This document shows, piece after piece, positions 39,983 to 41,126 of a stretch of DNA of 41,126 nucleotides. Every line of letters starts with the position of its first letter. Within the stretch, counting starts at the first letter, position 1. The stretch is from Corallochytrium limacisporum Hawaii (taxonomy: Eukaryota; Protista; Pluriformea), in contig PDIP01000022.1 in the NCBI GenBank assembly GCA_002811645.1, forward strand, positions 355,467 through 396,592, written 5' to 3'. The notes beneath the pieces were generated by a model. That model searched no databases and was not told the DNA's origin. It saw nothing but the letters and a program-made list of their open reading frames with translations. Both the position numbers and the translations under genes were made by a program.

Positions 39983-41047
39983 ATGATGAAGGATGTCATC
40001 TTTTCAAGAAACTTCCAAATGGTCCTGGGGCTTGTCCTCGTCATGTTCATTATCATGTGTACATTGCCACTAACGTTACGGGAGAATAAGAACACATGTC
40101 TAGAGGTCTTATCTACTGCGGACACAAAGATGACGACTGCGCCCTGGCGCCTCCATATGAAATGTTGTAGTGACTCAACGGAATGTTCAACAATTTGCAC
40201 GAATGAAAGTGCCGAAAAAGCTTACACATTGAAGGATGCATCAGCAAAGCCGTTTGGGAAGAAATGTAGTGGAGAATCTGTCAAGATTGTTTTGATTGGC
40301 GACTCGAACATGCGGCGAACTTATGATCGTTTGAAGTGGGATGTGGATAACTTTAATGGCATGAGTCCTTTCTTTCCACCCGCGTGTGCGCCGTTCGAAA
40401 AGAACAGTCCGGAGCAGTTGGAATGTAAGGAGCATACCAATTTTACTACGACATTCGGAGAATTCTTTGGACCTGGACACGAGGTGACGTACCTGTGGAA
40501 GAGCACAGTTTCATCGGCCTCCTTTGATATCGTTAGCCCTGCAGATCGAGATGCGGAGATCCGGGAATACCTCCGAGAAGAGTATGCCAAGAATGCGAAT
40601 ATTTGGGTATTCTTCTCATTCTTCCTCCATGATTTGCTCAGAAATCATGATGTATCTGGACCATACCTACGTCAGGAACTAAACGCAACTTCTGCATCGG
40701 CGGTTGAGTTTAGCAACAGTGTGCTCGAGGAAGGCTATGAAGTGGCAAGCTTTTTGAGTGAAATTATTCCACCGGAGCGGATCGTGTGGGTGACACCGAT
40801 GCCGAAGTTACGAAAGGACAAGGCAGGAGGCGCATGGCTCATGGCTGAGCTCTCGGTGATGGCAAGAATCTTCAGTAAGATGCTCGTCGGTCTGCGTATA
40901 AACGTTCTGGATGCCCACGACTACTTCTCCGCATTTGCCATCGATCATTTGTATGACGGAACGCATCTAGACTTTGAGTACTATTCGGTGTTAACGAAGA
41001 AATTTCTGCGGATTGCATGCCATGGCCCTCTAAATCTAGAGTCATAG
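39983..41047 (+). CDS. SGNH/PC-esterase (TBL/CASD1-like) O-acetyltransferase or esterase, type II membrane
   Basis: N-terminal TM (MVLGLVLVMFIIMCTLPL), Cys-rich stem, IVLIGDSNMR (GDS motif), C-terminal YDGTH (DxxH motif). First ATG is 39983. Confidence 0.78.
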   Translation: MMKDVIFSRNFQMVLGLVLVMFIIMCTLPLTLRENKNTCLEVLSTADTKMTTAPWRLHMKCCSDSTECSTICTNESAEKAYTLKDASAKPFGKKCSGESVKIVLIGDSNMRRTYDRLKWDVDNFNGMSPFFPPACAPFEKNSPEQLECKEHTNFTTTFGEFFGPGHEVTYLWKSTVSSASFDIVSPADRDAEIREYLREEYAKNANIWVFFSFFLHDLLRNHDVSGPYLRQELNATSASAVEFSNSVLEEGYEVASFLSEIIPPERIVWVTPMPKLRKDKAGGAWLMAELSVMARIFSKMLVGLRINVLDAHDYFSAFAIDHLYDGTHLDFEYYSVLTKKFLRIACHGPLNLES

Positions 41048-41126
41048 GGTGGAGCGATTGCCTGCTCAACCAAACACATCTACACTTGCACTCAAATCAA
41101 CACAATAATAAACACCTCATGGGTAG

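Noticed and set aside
1-41126. tRNA, rRNA, spliceosomal snRNA, transposase or reverse transcriptase genes
   Set aside because: No diagnostic motifs found by eye; divergent copies cannot be excluded without tRNAscan-SE and Infernal.

Overview
Eukaryotic nuclear DNA with about 13 apparently intronless protein genes read in the standard code; TAA, TGA and TAG all close genes. Sec24 motifs look opisthokont (Sec24A/B type), so an intron-poor unicellular holozoan such as Corallochytrium is a plausible source (inference only). Gene order: mitochondrially targeted CnoX/YbbN-like thioredoxin-TPR protein, Sec24, single C2 protein, centriolin-like LRR/coiled-coil protein, Lys-rich nucleolar-type protein, IGHMBP2/Hcs1 helicase, bacterial-type DUF4955 beta-helix enzyme, then a head-to-head pair of RNA methyltransferases (RlmN-like with a hydrophobic C-tail; Bmt5/DUF2431 fused to four Zn fingers) with a 54-nt hairpin between them, then a TM-DUF1769-PH-DUF547 protein. 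The distal 10 kb holds an orphan gene, a two-domain glycosyltransferase, a 22-bp minisatellite, an SGNH acetyltransferase-like gene and three decayed minus-strand surface-protein-like relics. Best leads: the divergent methyltransferase module, the mitochondrial CnoX, two candidate structured ncRNAs (about 9.3 kb and 24.7 kb) and the glycan/surface birth-death island. All family calls are by eye from motifs; no searches were run.
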